Source: the human T2T-CHM13v2.0 reference genome, Homo sapiens. Taken from it: a stretch of DNA of 64,000 nucleotides. Numbering within the stretch: position 1 is the stretch's first letter; every line of letters begins with the position of its first letter. The notes beneath the pieces are model-generated. The model was not told where the DNA came from. It saw only the letters and a list, made by a program, of their open reading frames with translations, and did not search any database. The translations under genes were made by a program, and so were the position numbers. This document shows, piece after piece, positions 27,415 through 39,889 of the stretch. The DNA is taken from the NCBI RefSeq assembly GCF_009914755.1, contig NC_060929.1; one strand, 5' to 3'.

Positions 27415-27890
27415 AGATGTTTAGCGTTCATCCATATCCTGTTTTTTCCTTCCAGGCAAATGGGGGGATTATGTTTCTTCCCCAACTTCCAGTTGGAGAG
27501 GAACCTTAAAACTAGTTCTGGCCAATGGGCTCTGAGCACAAGAGACATGTGCTCAGGTGTGTAATTTCATCATTTAATCACTAGCATGAGACCCTGCCTT
27601 CTCTTTCCTCCTTCTGTGATGTGGAAATTATTACTACCCAGCTCTCTATGGTGTCTCAGGAGGCTGCAGATTCCAGATGTGCAGACATAGGAGAGCAGAG
27701 TCTTCACAAACCGGGTTCCCTAAGTGACTCCCTGGTGGCCTATGTGGAGTCTGTAGCATGGGTCCCTCAGGCACTGCATCCCTAAGTGACTGTGGACCTC
27801 TTTGGGGTACATAGTATAAGTGAGAAATTATGGCATTGGCCATTGAGATTTGGTGGTTGGTTGTTATTGCACCATAGTCAATTCTAAATG
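27415..27890 (+). mobile_element. MLT1I/J-like solo LTR
   Basis: actagttctggccaatggg...; 3' part gtgagaaat...gccattgagattt...gttgttattgcaccatag. Confidence 0.65.
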
Positions 27891-29884
27891 TATAACATAG
27901 TTCAGGAATGAGATCTGAGGTTGATTTTTACTAGCTTTTTTCTAGTAGAAAAGATTTATAAATATTTGATAATCACTTTAAATTGCCTTTCAAATTACTT
28001 TTTTAAAGAAGAAATTTCTACAATGTGTATCCGAATTTAATGAAGGAGAATAGTTTGTGTGTTCCTGATTTTTCTTGATAGCATTGAAGAATATGTGGAC
28101 ACAGAGGAAAAAGCTCTAGGACTTCTGTGGTTTTAATTCACAAAATCATCTTTTATTTTTTCTTAAATTAGCTTCAGCTACTAGCACTTAAGATATTTCT
28201 CAGCTTTCATTTTTGTCATAGAAATTAGCATTTTTATTACCACAAATTATTCTTGTTTGCTAATTCCAAATATGTCCAAAAGCAAGAACAGCCTCCTGAG
28301 CTGTTAGACTTTGGAAGAGAATAGTAAATCAACTGGTGGATAGGACCATATATCATATTAAACACGGGAATTCACCACAAAATCATTACACTAAAAAGCG
28401 ACAATTTTGATTGATTAAAATGGTATGGGCTGGAGAGTGTTAAATCACTGTGAGTAATATGACATTATAATTTTACATATCATATTTCTGCCAAGACAAT
28501 GATGGTAAAAGGCATTGTCATCAGATGATAACAGACAATAAGAAGAATCCTGATGTTAGATTTATTACCGGGTTTAGATTTAGAAAGAAGTAATTCTTGT
28601 CCTGTTCCACTTATCAAATGACTGTAAATTCAGTGATGATGTAAAATTCTAAGGCAGAGCCACTTATAGATTTGACAAAGTGCCAGTTATAAACTATTTA
28701 TTGTTCTCAGTGGTTCTGCCTTACACACTTAAATATTTATCAGAAACATAAGCCCCTCTGATAAATGTTTTGGATCTTTGTGGCTAATTTTTTTTTACAT
28801 TTAGATTTTTCATCAGAAACAAAATCTGTATTTTTATTGTGTTAATAACACTGAATTCATAATTTGAAAGGATAATATATGAGTTTTAAAATTTGACTCC
28901 TTGTAACTTCTGACTTTAAGTGTGAAACTTTTGGAATAGTTCTTTATCCATGGGAGCATGCAGTCTTTGCTTGGTAGCATAGCCAATCGGACCAGGGATC
29001 AGCCTGTGAGGTAAAGAAAGGCAACTATGTGGTGGCCACTAATCCTGGGGTGGCAGGTTACGGCGTGAGAACCCTGGGACATAGCAGTGTTTTTTATATA
29101 GGAGACAGGAGACTGGAGCTAGCTACATCTTTTTATTAAGGCATTCAAATGTGAGACATATAAATGGTATAGCAACTCCAAAGCACAGAGAATCACAGAA
29201 AGAAAGCAATTAGTGGACTCCATAACGTTGCCAAAGCCACCAAATACAAAAGCCAAAAGTTGCAGGTAGAAAGTCAGAGTCACTAAGAAACAGCAGGAGA
29301 AGTAGATATTATAAAAACTGAAATAGAAAGTAGCTGAACCATCAGAAAACTGAAACATCACTCTAAAAGTGGGCTAGGTTGCAATCATAAAGCTGTTGAG
29401 ATTATTTTTTGTTATTCCTCAATTCCCTGGGTATCCTTACCGCAAACTAGCTTTAACTACTTTAAACTGGGCTTCTTACTCTTCCTCCAACTTCAAGAAG
29501 TCTAACACATCTAAGAAAATATAATGAATTCATAAGATCACAGAATTTCAACTCTACAAGAGCGCTTAGAGACATCTTGCTGAAACATTTCTTACTTATT
29601 TTTATTATGGGAAATTTCAGTGCCAGGGAGGAAAAACAACGGAGACAAGCCCTTACTTTGCTCTACTAGCTGAGCATGTACTGTGATCATAAGCTTCTTA
29701 AGGTTACAAACATGTTTTCAGTATCTGTTTCTTCTACCCCAGTATAAAGTAGGAGCTCAATAAATGCTTTTTGAATAGTGAGTCATAGTAAAATCTTATG
29801 GCATTAGACAGTTTAGATTTGTTTGCAGGTCTGGTTAGTTCTAAATAGTTAAAAGCAGATATACGGTAAAAAATGAAGTGACTC

Positions 29885-30187
29885 TTTTTTTTTTTTTTTT
29901 TTTTTTTTGAGATTGGGTCACACTCTGTGGCTCAGGCTGGAGTGCAGGGGCATGACCACAGCCTTGACCTCTCAGGCTCAAGTGATCTTCCCACCTCAGC
30001 CTCCTGAACAGCTGGGACTACAGGTGTGTGCCACCATGGCTAGCTAAGTTTTTTTTTTTTTTAATTTGTAGAGATGAGGTCTCACTATGTTTGCCAGGGC
30101 TGGTCTCAAACGCCTGGGCTTGAGCAATCCATCTGCCTCAGCCTCCCAAAGTGCTGGGATTACAGGTGCCAACCACCACACCGGGCC
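29885..30187 (-). mobile_element. AluJ
   Basis: Antisense Alu with J-type features, TSD gaa(g/a)tgactctt. Confidence 0.92.
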
Positions 30188-31778
30188 GAAATGACTCTTA
30201 TTTATCCCCCCCACCCCAATCTGTTGTGTTAACACTTCCTCTTCTGCACATAATACATACACATACTCATATACATACTCAAATAAAGGAGTTATTAATC
30301 TCTTAGGAATATAAACTGATTAAAGAGGTTTTATGTCCATCAAAATTGGTCTTGGAAAATTCATTGCACAAGGCTGGCATTTAGGGTTCACAAATTGCAT
30401 GGGCAGTGGGGCAATGACAATATCCAACTAAGTTACAGTTAGGTCTCCAGACTTACCTAGATTCATGGATTAAAAATGAAAAGAGTGTTGTGTTCTGGAA
30501 CATTTTCTGATTCAAGTGTAGGGAAGGTTAGTATGGAGCTAAGTTCTCTGACCCTCTAATAATTTACATGAAGCTTTCAGCATCAATCTCATTTCCTTGA
30601 ATATCAAAGGCTACAGAGTTTTTTTGAATAAGTCAAAACTTTAAAGAAGTCTCTGAGAAATAATATATGCTGTTCAGCAGACTGTTTCGTAGAAGAGAAC
30701 AATTAGTTGAATTTAGGGATATTTCTATTTCTTCAATTTTAGCCACCTCTGCAAAAGAACAAACAGTAAGAACTATCAAAGTCACATCTGCCATTCAATT
30801 TTGTTTTAACTTTCAGTTTTATTTTCCCTTGAGAGAAGTCCTTCAAAGCCAGAATAAATAATTCTCCTAGATAGTACACAGCAAATACAGAATGCTAGTT
30901 CTAATCTTCCCCTAGATTTTGTCTTAGGAGGTATAAAGACAAATCTTTAGTTTGGACTAATTCTGAATTATGAACTATATTGGAGGCCTGGCTTCCTTTT
31001 GCTAAGAAAGTTTCCTAGTCTAAATTTCCTAAAAAAGGTCTTCTGAGAAGTGTGATGATTTATTAGACATTACTAAGGGATAGGGCTTAGGAAAGAGAGA
31101 AAAGCTAGCAACGTCCATATTGTTCTCCCTTGGAAAAGTGGAAGTAGTATTTAAGGTCAGGGCACATGCCAACGTGAATTCTGACCATTCACAAAATTAC
31201 TCATTGTGTCAGATGGGGTGGTTTGCATTCTGTGTGACACAGTTTTTTTTCCCATAAATTATGGGAAAAAAAGTCTTAAAGAAGGGACAGTCCAGAAAAG
31301 TTTGGTGTCCTTATTCATGTGAAATGAAAGAAAAATTAATAAAGGTTTGATGTCAACCTTATAAACAGGTAAACTTTATATCATGTGCTGAATGCAAAAA
31401 ATCATTTCAAATTGTCAAGATTTCTGTGCTAAAGAGATTTTCAAAATTGTACTCCCAACAGCTCAGGATTGCTAGCATTTGTAAGGAAAGTTTACACACT
31501 GCTGAGAAGATACCTAAGATCATCTTAACATCTTCATAATTGTTTATGAGCCACACTTTTGTTTTAAAAGTAGTTCTAAAGAACTCGGGGGACTCTGACT
31601 ATCTTAATTGTATAGAAGTTGAAATTTAAAAAATGGTTCTTTCTAGCTTGATAAATTTTCATTCTGCATTAGTTAAGTAAGTTTTCACTCTGTTTCACCT
31701 ACGGTTGCTCGTGAACCTTGGAAGAGGAAGTCTAAGGTAAACTTTAGAACAAATAAAATGCTATATAAAGCTCCTTGA

Positions 31779-32060
31779 TGGTGCGGTGGCTCATGCCTAT
31801 AAGGTCAAGGTAGGAGGATAGCTTGAGGTTAGGATTTCGAGACCAGCCTGGGTAGCATAGTGAGACCCTGTCTCTACAGTTTTTTTTTTTTTTTTTAATT
31901 AGCAGGGTATGGTGGTGCACACCTGTAGTCCTAGCTACTTGAGAGGCTGAGGTGGGATGATTGCTTGAGCCCAGGAGTTCAAGGCTATGATCACATCACT
32001 GTACTCTAGCCTGGGCAACAGATCAAGACCTATTTCAAAAATAAATAAATAAACAAATAA
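31779..32060 (+). mobile_element. AluJ with deletions and a T-run central linker
   Basis: Sense Alu, (AAAT)n tail, TSD ataaagctccttga at 31765-31778 and 32061-32074. Confidence 0.92.
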
Positions 32061-32972
32061 ATAAAGCTCCTTGAGTGGGTGTTGGTATCCACACAAGGTG
32101 TGGGATAACACTGTAGATATGCTACAGGTCCATTAAACTACAGGGCAAGGACAAATAAGATTGGTGAATATTGAAATTTTAGCTAAAACTGGTCTTGCAA
32201 TTGCCTACTTAATTGTGAATGCTTGATATCCATTAATTATTGCTTTTTGAAATTGAGATTGCTTTGAAGCCTAATTTGTTATATTTGTGTTATCACATAT
32301 CTATTCTTTCTATCCATCCATCATCCCACCCTATATCTTTTTATATATTTCAAAATAACTTGCAGATGCCAATCAGTACACTTCCCCTGAAAGCACTTCA
32401 ACATAATGATCACTAGAATTCAGTATTTGATTTTTTGAGCTACAGTTTATATACAGTGAAGTTTTCATGATACCGCTGGTGAGGATGGAAGTCAGGGAGA
32501 CCATGAGGGGAAGCTTGACTCCAACACCACTCAATCAGCGTTGGCATACTTTAATCTGCTTTTTTGCCTAATCATCTGAGGAGCAATTCACTTGACAAAA
32601 TGGTTTCACAGCTAAAAAAAAGTTTCAACTTCACTAATCTTAAACATTATGATTTATTTTCAGGAAACAGGAAGCTCTCTTTCTGAGATTTTAGCCAGTC
32701 TTGATATTACAGATTTACTTAGTCTTAGAGACTCAACAAGCCAGTTTGTGTTTGTGAGCTGTCTCAGCAGGGGTGGCATCTCATCTTAGGTAGGATAGTC
32801 AATCTCTATTCACGGAGAATTTCAAAGGGATTTCGTATTCTGTGGCTTTCTCCATGCCTGAAATTATTCCTCCAGTATCACTTCCTAAGATCCTAAGTAA
32901 ATCATTTATCATTTTTTTTGTGATTTTAATTATATTTAGCATTATATTAGTGGTGCAGACTTGTTAAAAATA

Positions 32973-33480
32973 ATGCGTTAGTTTTATATTGCTGCTGTAA
33001 CAAATAACCACAAACTTAGTTGCTTAAAACAGTACAAGATTATTACTTTATAGTTCTGTAGGTCAGAAATCTGGGCTAAAATAAAAATGTTAGTAGATCT
33101 GCATTCTTTTCTGAAGAATATTTTATGGGATAATCCATTTACTTTCTGTTTTTCAGATTCTAGAGGATGTCTGTGTGCCTTTCTCCCCTTTCAAACGATA
33201 GGGAAGATATACTGAGTCCTGTCTTCAGCTAGGGGATGCCCTGGCCTCCTTCCTATCTTCAAAGCCTGCAAGAGTGGGCTGAGTCCTTCTCACTCCACCC
33301 TCTTCTTTTGTGTACCTTTTCCACTTGTAAGGACCCTTGTAATTGCATTGGATTCACCTGGATAACCCAGACTGATCTCCCTATTTTAAGGTCAGTTGAT
33401 TAACAAACTTTTTGCTATGTAATTTAACATAGGTTCTAGGAATTAGGATGTGGTGGAAAGGTATTTTTGCACCAGTCGCA
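32973..33480 (-). mobile_element. MLT1 (B/C/D-like) solo LTR
   Basis: ttgctgctgtaacaaataaccacaaacttagttgcttaaaaca...gttctgtaggtcagaa; aggacccttgtaattgcattgg. Confidence 0.8.
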
Positions 33481-34658
33481 AATGACTTAGTTATCAGTTT
33501 CATTTTATTATCAGAAATCAACTCATTTTGTTATCAAAGTTATTTGCTATTCTTTGCTACTTCATTCAAAACTGGAATCCTGAGTAGTGCTCATTTGGAC
33601 ATAAAGCCCCATGGTTCTACCCACTTGCTTTGGTTGTACTATTGAGAGCAGAAACTTCAAATCCAGGATCTGTTGTCCTCTAGGGAGTCCTGTAATTCAT
33701 TCTGCTTCTTCCTGGAGGAGTTGCAAAAGGGAGCCCCCACTGGGTGGAGCAATTAGAAAGTGGTTCCAGGACTCATGGTTTGGTGAGAAGATAAAGGATA
33801 GATTTCAGCACCACCCCAGCAGGGTACAACCTACACACAGCAGCCCTCCCACCTCACTTAGAGTTTCTATAGACTATGCCCCATGTTTTCAGCCTCTGCC
33901 TTAAACATTTATTTGCTCTAAGCTTCTAAAGGGTAACCTGTGTCTTATAAAGTCCCTTTACGGCTTATCTTAGTGCTGAGGACGGGGTAAACCCTCTGGA
34001 CCCTGTCTTGCTGTGATCTACAAGTGACAATACAAAACCACACCCTCTTTTTAGACAAAATTTAGGCATTTAAAAATAATAGTTTATAGATTTCTAGCTA
34101 TGTAAGATGATTTATTGAGTGATTAAAAGCAATCTTATTTATGATAAGTTAAAAAAATCAGGATTCATCTTCTATACATTTCTGCTCACAGTTAGAATCT
34201 GAATGTCCTGTCATCTGTGTAGGCTCAAGGAATTAGCTACTCAGAGAACCCAGAAATGGCCAGGAGCCCTTGGAAGAACAGTCTCTCTGTGACCCCATTA
34301 GCTTCGAGTCCCAGTTTCCCTGGAAAAAGTAGGGTGAGGTGTCTGACATTTTATTGAGATAAATTTTCTGGAATAGGGTTCACTCCAAGTAGAACTTCCC
34401 TGCTCTTAGGTTTATTAAGTTTCCTAGATATTTGGGGAAGGAATTCTAGATGTCTTGCGGTCATTTTCTCATTCTGCAAGTTCTGCTGAAATCCAGCATA
34501 TCAAGGAACAGTTGGAAGCACAGTATGTCTAAGAGGGAGTTTTGAAAATACATAGAGGAATTTAGAAAGAAGTTTTAGGACACGAATTACAAACTTCAAC
34601 TAGTTCCTAACTTTTTTGGGGCTGTTTTTGAATGAAAAGTTGTGATGGATTTCTAGTA

Positions 34659-34991
34659 CAGTCATGCACTGCTTAGTGATGGGAATATATTTTGAGAAAT
34701 GTGTCATTAGATGATTTCATCACACGCACTTTATACAATGTACTTACACAAACCTAGATGGTATAGCCTACTACACACCTAGGCTATGTGGGATAGCCTA
34801 TTGCTCCTAGGCTACAAACCTGTACAGCATGTTATTGTACTGAATGCTGTAGGCAATTGTAATACAATGGTAAATATTTGTGGATCTAAACATAGAAAAG
34901 GTACAGTAAAAATACAGTATTATAATCTTTTGAGACCACTGTCATATCTTGTCTGTCATTGACTGAAGTGTCGTTGTGCAGCGCATGGCTC
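34659..34991. mobile_element. Tigger3a-like TcMar MITE
   Basis: TIR-like ends cagtcatgca...gcgcatggctc flanked by TA; internal acacaaacctagatggtatagcctactacacacctaggcta. Confidence 0.85.
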
Positions 34992-35694
34992 TAATTCCAC
35001 AGGCATCTCAGGTCATACGAAATGTGTCATGTTATTAAACATTTCTCCATTTGTCATGGGACAATACTTAGCTCTCCGTGTAGGAATATTTACCATCCTG
35101 AAGGTTAAGGTCTTCAGGTTAGACCAGCCAACAGAATTCAGGAAAAAGTTTTTTTTTTTTGGGTGATAATAATAGACATCAAAGAACTTTTAGAGATGGG
35201 ATCCTGAAATTGATCAACACTCTTTTGGAAACATGTGACAGAAACCTAATTCAAATTACCTTGAGCAGAAAGGAAACATGGTGGCTCTTGCAGCTCCACT
35301 AGTTCACATGCCTGAAGGAATTGTTGGGGAAACTAGGATGCTGAAAGGGTCTCAGTACCTCTGGACTCTCTCTTTCTATCTAGCTTTTATCATGCTGGTC
35401 TCTGATTGGCTTTGTTCTGCACACAAGCTTTTTTCAAATGATGCAGAAGATGCCTGCTGGTAGCACCAGAGACCTAGCTCCAGACTCAGCAGTCCCTGAG
35501 GAGTGGGAACTCCTTTCTACCAGTCCTGTTCTAAGGAAGAACTCTGGCCTTCCTCGTACCCTATGCCCAAATGCTTGGAGAAAAAAATTTCTCTTGCCAT
35601 GGGTGTACTATGAGTTAAAAGTGCTGGCTTCATTTTCCTCGAGCTTGTTACTTAACCTCTTGCTGGAAAGGTCCCTGAGAAGAAGGTTACAATT

Positions 35695-35960
35695 CAGAGG
35701 AGCTGGCACTAGGGGAGGAGAGTGAGGTGTTCAGATGCAAAATATAAGGAGACATTGAACAATTCAGAAATCAAGATAAATTTTAACACAATATTTTAAA
35801 AAGTCAGGTTGGTCTCCTATGCCTTATGGATTGACTGCCTGTTTTGGTAAACAGTTTTTAGTGAAATGAGAGCTGATATGAGGCTGAGGTGAGTAAGTCA
35901 GGGTCATACAAGGTAGGGTCAGATCCTGTCTTTGTTTAAAATTTGATATTTGGTTCAAGA
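35695..35960. mobile_element. MER96B-like hAT fragment
   Basis: gctggcactaggggaggagagtgagg...gcaaaatataaggag resembles the MER96 family start. Confidence 0.45.
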
Positions 35961-37382
35961 GTCTTTAGGCAAGCAGAAAGTATAAGATGGAAGAGTGGTG
36001 GTGCTGATGTGACTTGTCAGGGTTTAGAAAGGCTAACTGGATGCGCTTCTTCTGCCTGAGTTGAGAGATAGATGCAAGGGTTAGGCAGATAAAAACTTTT
36101 TTCGTGAGAAAGTTTTTGGAGAAGGTGGTTTGGTAATAGTCCATTGTCCTTCCTCCTCTATACCTGCTACGTCTCCCCTGCCGCTAGCTATCACTTGGGA
36201 TAGTGCCTCAGGTGATCCCATGAGTTCCATTTACCCAGATCCCTGGTTGGCACTGGTTCAGGGCAGACAGGAAAGAAAAACCCTTGATGTTCATTCCTTA
36301 TAGTTTTTAATAAGTGAACACCACCCACTAATCAGATTAATCACTCCTAATTCATGTAAATAAAATGAGGCAAGAGGCTAGGGATGCTACCTGAAGGCAT
36401 CTTTATATGGAAACGAGGGGTCAAGGAGAAGATTTTCCACTAATAATGACTGGAAAATGTCTATTCATTTACTGTCAGATGTTTGAAAACCATGGTTTCA
36501 TCAAAGAAAATTGATCTGTGGGTTGAAGGTGGACTGAGAAGCTGCCATTTATACCCTTGCCTAAGGGAATGCCATACACCTGAACTTCACAACTTCCAAA
36601 CTTCAAAATTATAAACAGCTGGTGTCTGCTGAGTACCTATTATATGAAACTGTTCAGTGCTGGACCCTGGGTCCTGCCCTAAAGCAGTGTAAAATCTAGT
36701 TGGAAGGGGTATTAGTGAAACAAGGCAGGTCATGTCAAGAACCAAATAGCTGCTCTAGGAACTGGAGAAAGGAGAAATGTAAGAGACATTATTATTAAGG
36801 CAGCCTTTCTTTCTGGGAGAGGATATACTTCAGCTGGGCCCAGAAGAAAGGGTATTCTAACCAAAGGGAGCAGCTTGGCTGTGTAAATTTACAAACTGAG
36901 TAAAGTTACACAGCTTGGCATATATGTTGAATATTTGGGAACTGGCAGGATATTTGTCTGCTTGTGAATTCAGTGGAAGAAAATTACCAAAGCAAACTAC
37001 CAAACACATTAAACAATCTCTCCGGACCAAGCTCTGTGGTGCTTCTTATGCATCATCCAATTTAATCCCCCGAAAACTCTATGAGGTAAGGATTAGCTCC
37101 ATTTCATCAGTAAGATAGCTAAAATTTATAGAGGTTAAACAATGTTTCCTGGTCACATAGATCACATTTAGGAGATAAGAATAAAATCTACGTCTATTTA
37201 AATTCAAATTTCATGATCTTAGCATCTGTAATATTGTGAAGCCAAGGAAAGAAAGGCTGGGCATGAAGAGGCTTAGGGACCTGTCCCCGGGTTTGTTCAG
37301 TTGCTCTGGAGGAAGAAGAAAGTAAAATGAGGTTGCTATTAAGCTGGTTTTGCGTGTGGTAAAGTATTTGCTCACATGCTGA

Positions 37383-37698
<316 letters not shown>

Positions 37699-38017
37699 GT
37701 GAACGATTATTTTGAATCACCTATGTTATTAACTTATAGCATAAGGAATGGGTAAAGAACCTGAGTACAGCAAATACAAGACTTGATCTTGTATCTTTTC
37801 ACCTTACGCAGGCAAGACAGAAAAGCCAGCAAATGGGTGTTAAACAGTATAAAAGCTAATCACCTAAGGACACACAGAGTGGTAGAAGCAATCAGGAAAG
37901 GTCTTCCCACACTTACATAGAGATGGAAGATCCTCATTGAAATAACATCATTTTTAATGGATCAATTTCTACTTTTATACTAAATAGGAACACATTCGCT
38001 AGTATAACCGTTTATCA

Positions 38018-38032
38018 CCACTAGATGTCACT
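38018..38032 (+). promoter_or_regulatory. Candidate CTCF site
   Basis: ccactagatgtcact versus consensus CCACYAGRKGGCRSY, one core deviation; lies in apparently unique sequence. Confidence 0.5.
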
Positions 38033-39723
38033 GTAAGACTAAAGTTAAATTGCTGCACCCCCTTCCCAGCCCTCTCTTTTCAGATTTTTTTTTTTTTTTC
38101 AGTGAAAAAGTGGATTAAGAAGAAGAGATGAAGAGATACATGATGATACTGGTGGTTGGGGGGAGTTAAAAAATGGAGTGCTTTTATCCTAAACAGATCT
38201 CTTATTCTACTGTGTTTCCTTTTGCAGAACATTATATCACTTGTAGAAAAATAAGGTAACTTCCAGTAAATCTATTTAGAGTTAATATTTTTAGTTTTGG
38301 ATTAAGAATGTACTAATTCACTCAAAAGTAGCCACAGCTTTAGATCTAGACTTTAGTTGTCCATTTGTGATAGTATTTTAAATTGTAGTTTTAATAAAAA
38401 GAAAGCAGACATAAGACAGTGTCCTCTGACTACTGCCGTCTACATTTATGAGAACAGTATATCTTCATGGTGATAAGGTGTTGGTGAGATATTCTTCTGA
38501 TTTTATGGTCTCACTGAGTGTAATAGAAGGAAGCTCAGCTATCTTTATGAATGCCATTTTATTCAAAGATATCTTGCTTTGTTAAAATCCACAGAATTTT
38601 ATTGCCTAAATTATGTGATGAAGATTTCTCAAAAGGAAAAAAATCTTTTTCCTTCCTGTTATAGTCCTTACATTATTATGTAGATTTTACTGTGGATAAA
38701 ATATTCTGAATTTTGGAATTCTGTTTTCACTTTTTGATATTTTAGAATGTTAATGTAACTTTACAACTATTTCCTTCATTCCAATGGTTTTGTCATGTTG
38801 TGTCTCTGTCCTGACCTGTGACTTCTTCACCTCCTTCCTTTTCCCGGATCCTCTCCGCTCTCCACAGCCCTGACTCCCTGATAAAGTCTTTCCATTGCAA
38901 GGAGCCTTTCCATTATATCTATTGCTTGCATGCCTTGCTTTTTGCTTTTCCTTACTTTTTTAGCTCTTCTAAATTTAGTTTCTAATGAAGTCCTATACTT
39001 TTCTTACCAGCTTTTTTTTCCAGAATGGCCTCTATTAGCTCTTTATCTTTGATGACAATAAAGCTCTTTATCTTTGATAACAATAAAGAACATGAAAATA
39101 ATAATGGCTTATTTCCCCCAGCCTCTCTTTCTCATAATGTTTGTGACCACATGGCACCAAGTAACTGGTTGAGAAACCAGTTTGGTTGACCAGTTACTAG
39201 TTTTTACTACTTCCTATAAAATACTTATTTGGGTTGGTGTTTATTCCTGGTGAAAAGACTGGATGTTTGGATTCATATGGACATAGCCTTTGTCTCATCC
39301 CATTTCTTACAGTTCCTCAATTTTTTACTGTAACTACCCAATTTCATGCAATTATTTTCTGGTACCTGTAGGGGAGTGACCTGATCAGTCAGCCTGAAAT
39401 TGTCTTCTTCCAGTTTGTTAGGAGGAGATAAGTTTCTAATGTTTCATCAATAATCAAATAACCTATATATGATATATAGGACAGAAGGGAAACAATAATC
39501 AAATACCAATTATGAAATACTCCATGGTTCCCATGGAATGTGGCTAAGAAACATGAAGAAAATAAGGCCCAGAGTATGCAAAAGAGAAATTGAGAAATTA
39601 CAAAGTTAAGCCAAGTATTAGATCTACCTTAAACACCTAAGAGTAAAACAGACCAATTATCAATTTCTCTTTGAAAGGCTCCATCTGCTAGGAATTTCTG
39701 CTGATTTGCAGTGGAATTTAGGT

Positions 39724-39889
39724 CATAGCTACTCAAAGTGTTGTTTTGTGGACCAGCAGTGTCAGTATCACCAGGGGCCTTTTTAGAAATATAGAATCTC
39801 AGATGCCATCTCAGACCCACTGAATCAGAACTGCAGTTTAGCAAGATCTCCAGGTGATTTTTATGCACATTACAGCTTGAGAAACACAG
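39724..39889. mobile_element. MER5A hAT-Charlie MITE
   Basis: ctcaaagtg...accagcag...ttagaaat.cagaatctcag...actgaatcagaa...caagatctccaggtgatt; intact 8-bp TSD atttaggt (39716-39723, 39890-39897). Confidence 0.88.

Noticed and set aside
28731-28770. 13/14-bp AT-rich inverted repeat with 12-nt loop
   Set aside because: Plausible by chance at this AT content.
38228-38255. 28-bp micro-exon-like segment (tttgcag...AAG/gtaact)
   Set aside because: Splice-like sites only, no coding or other support.
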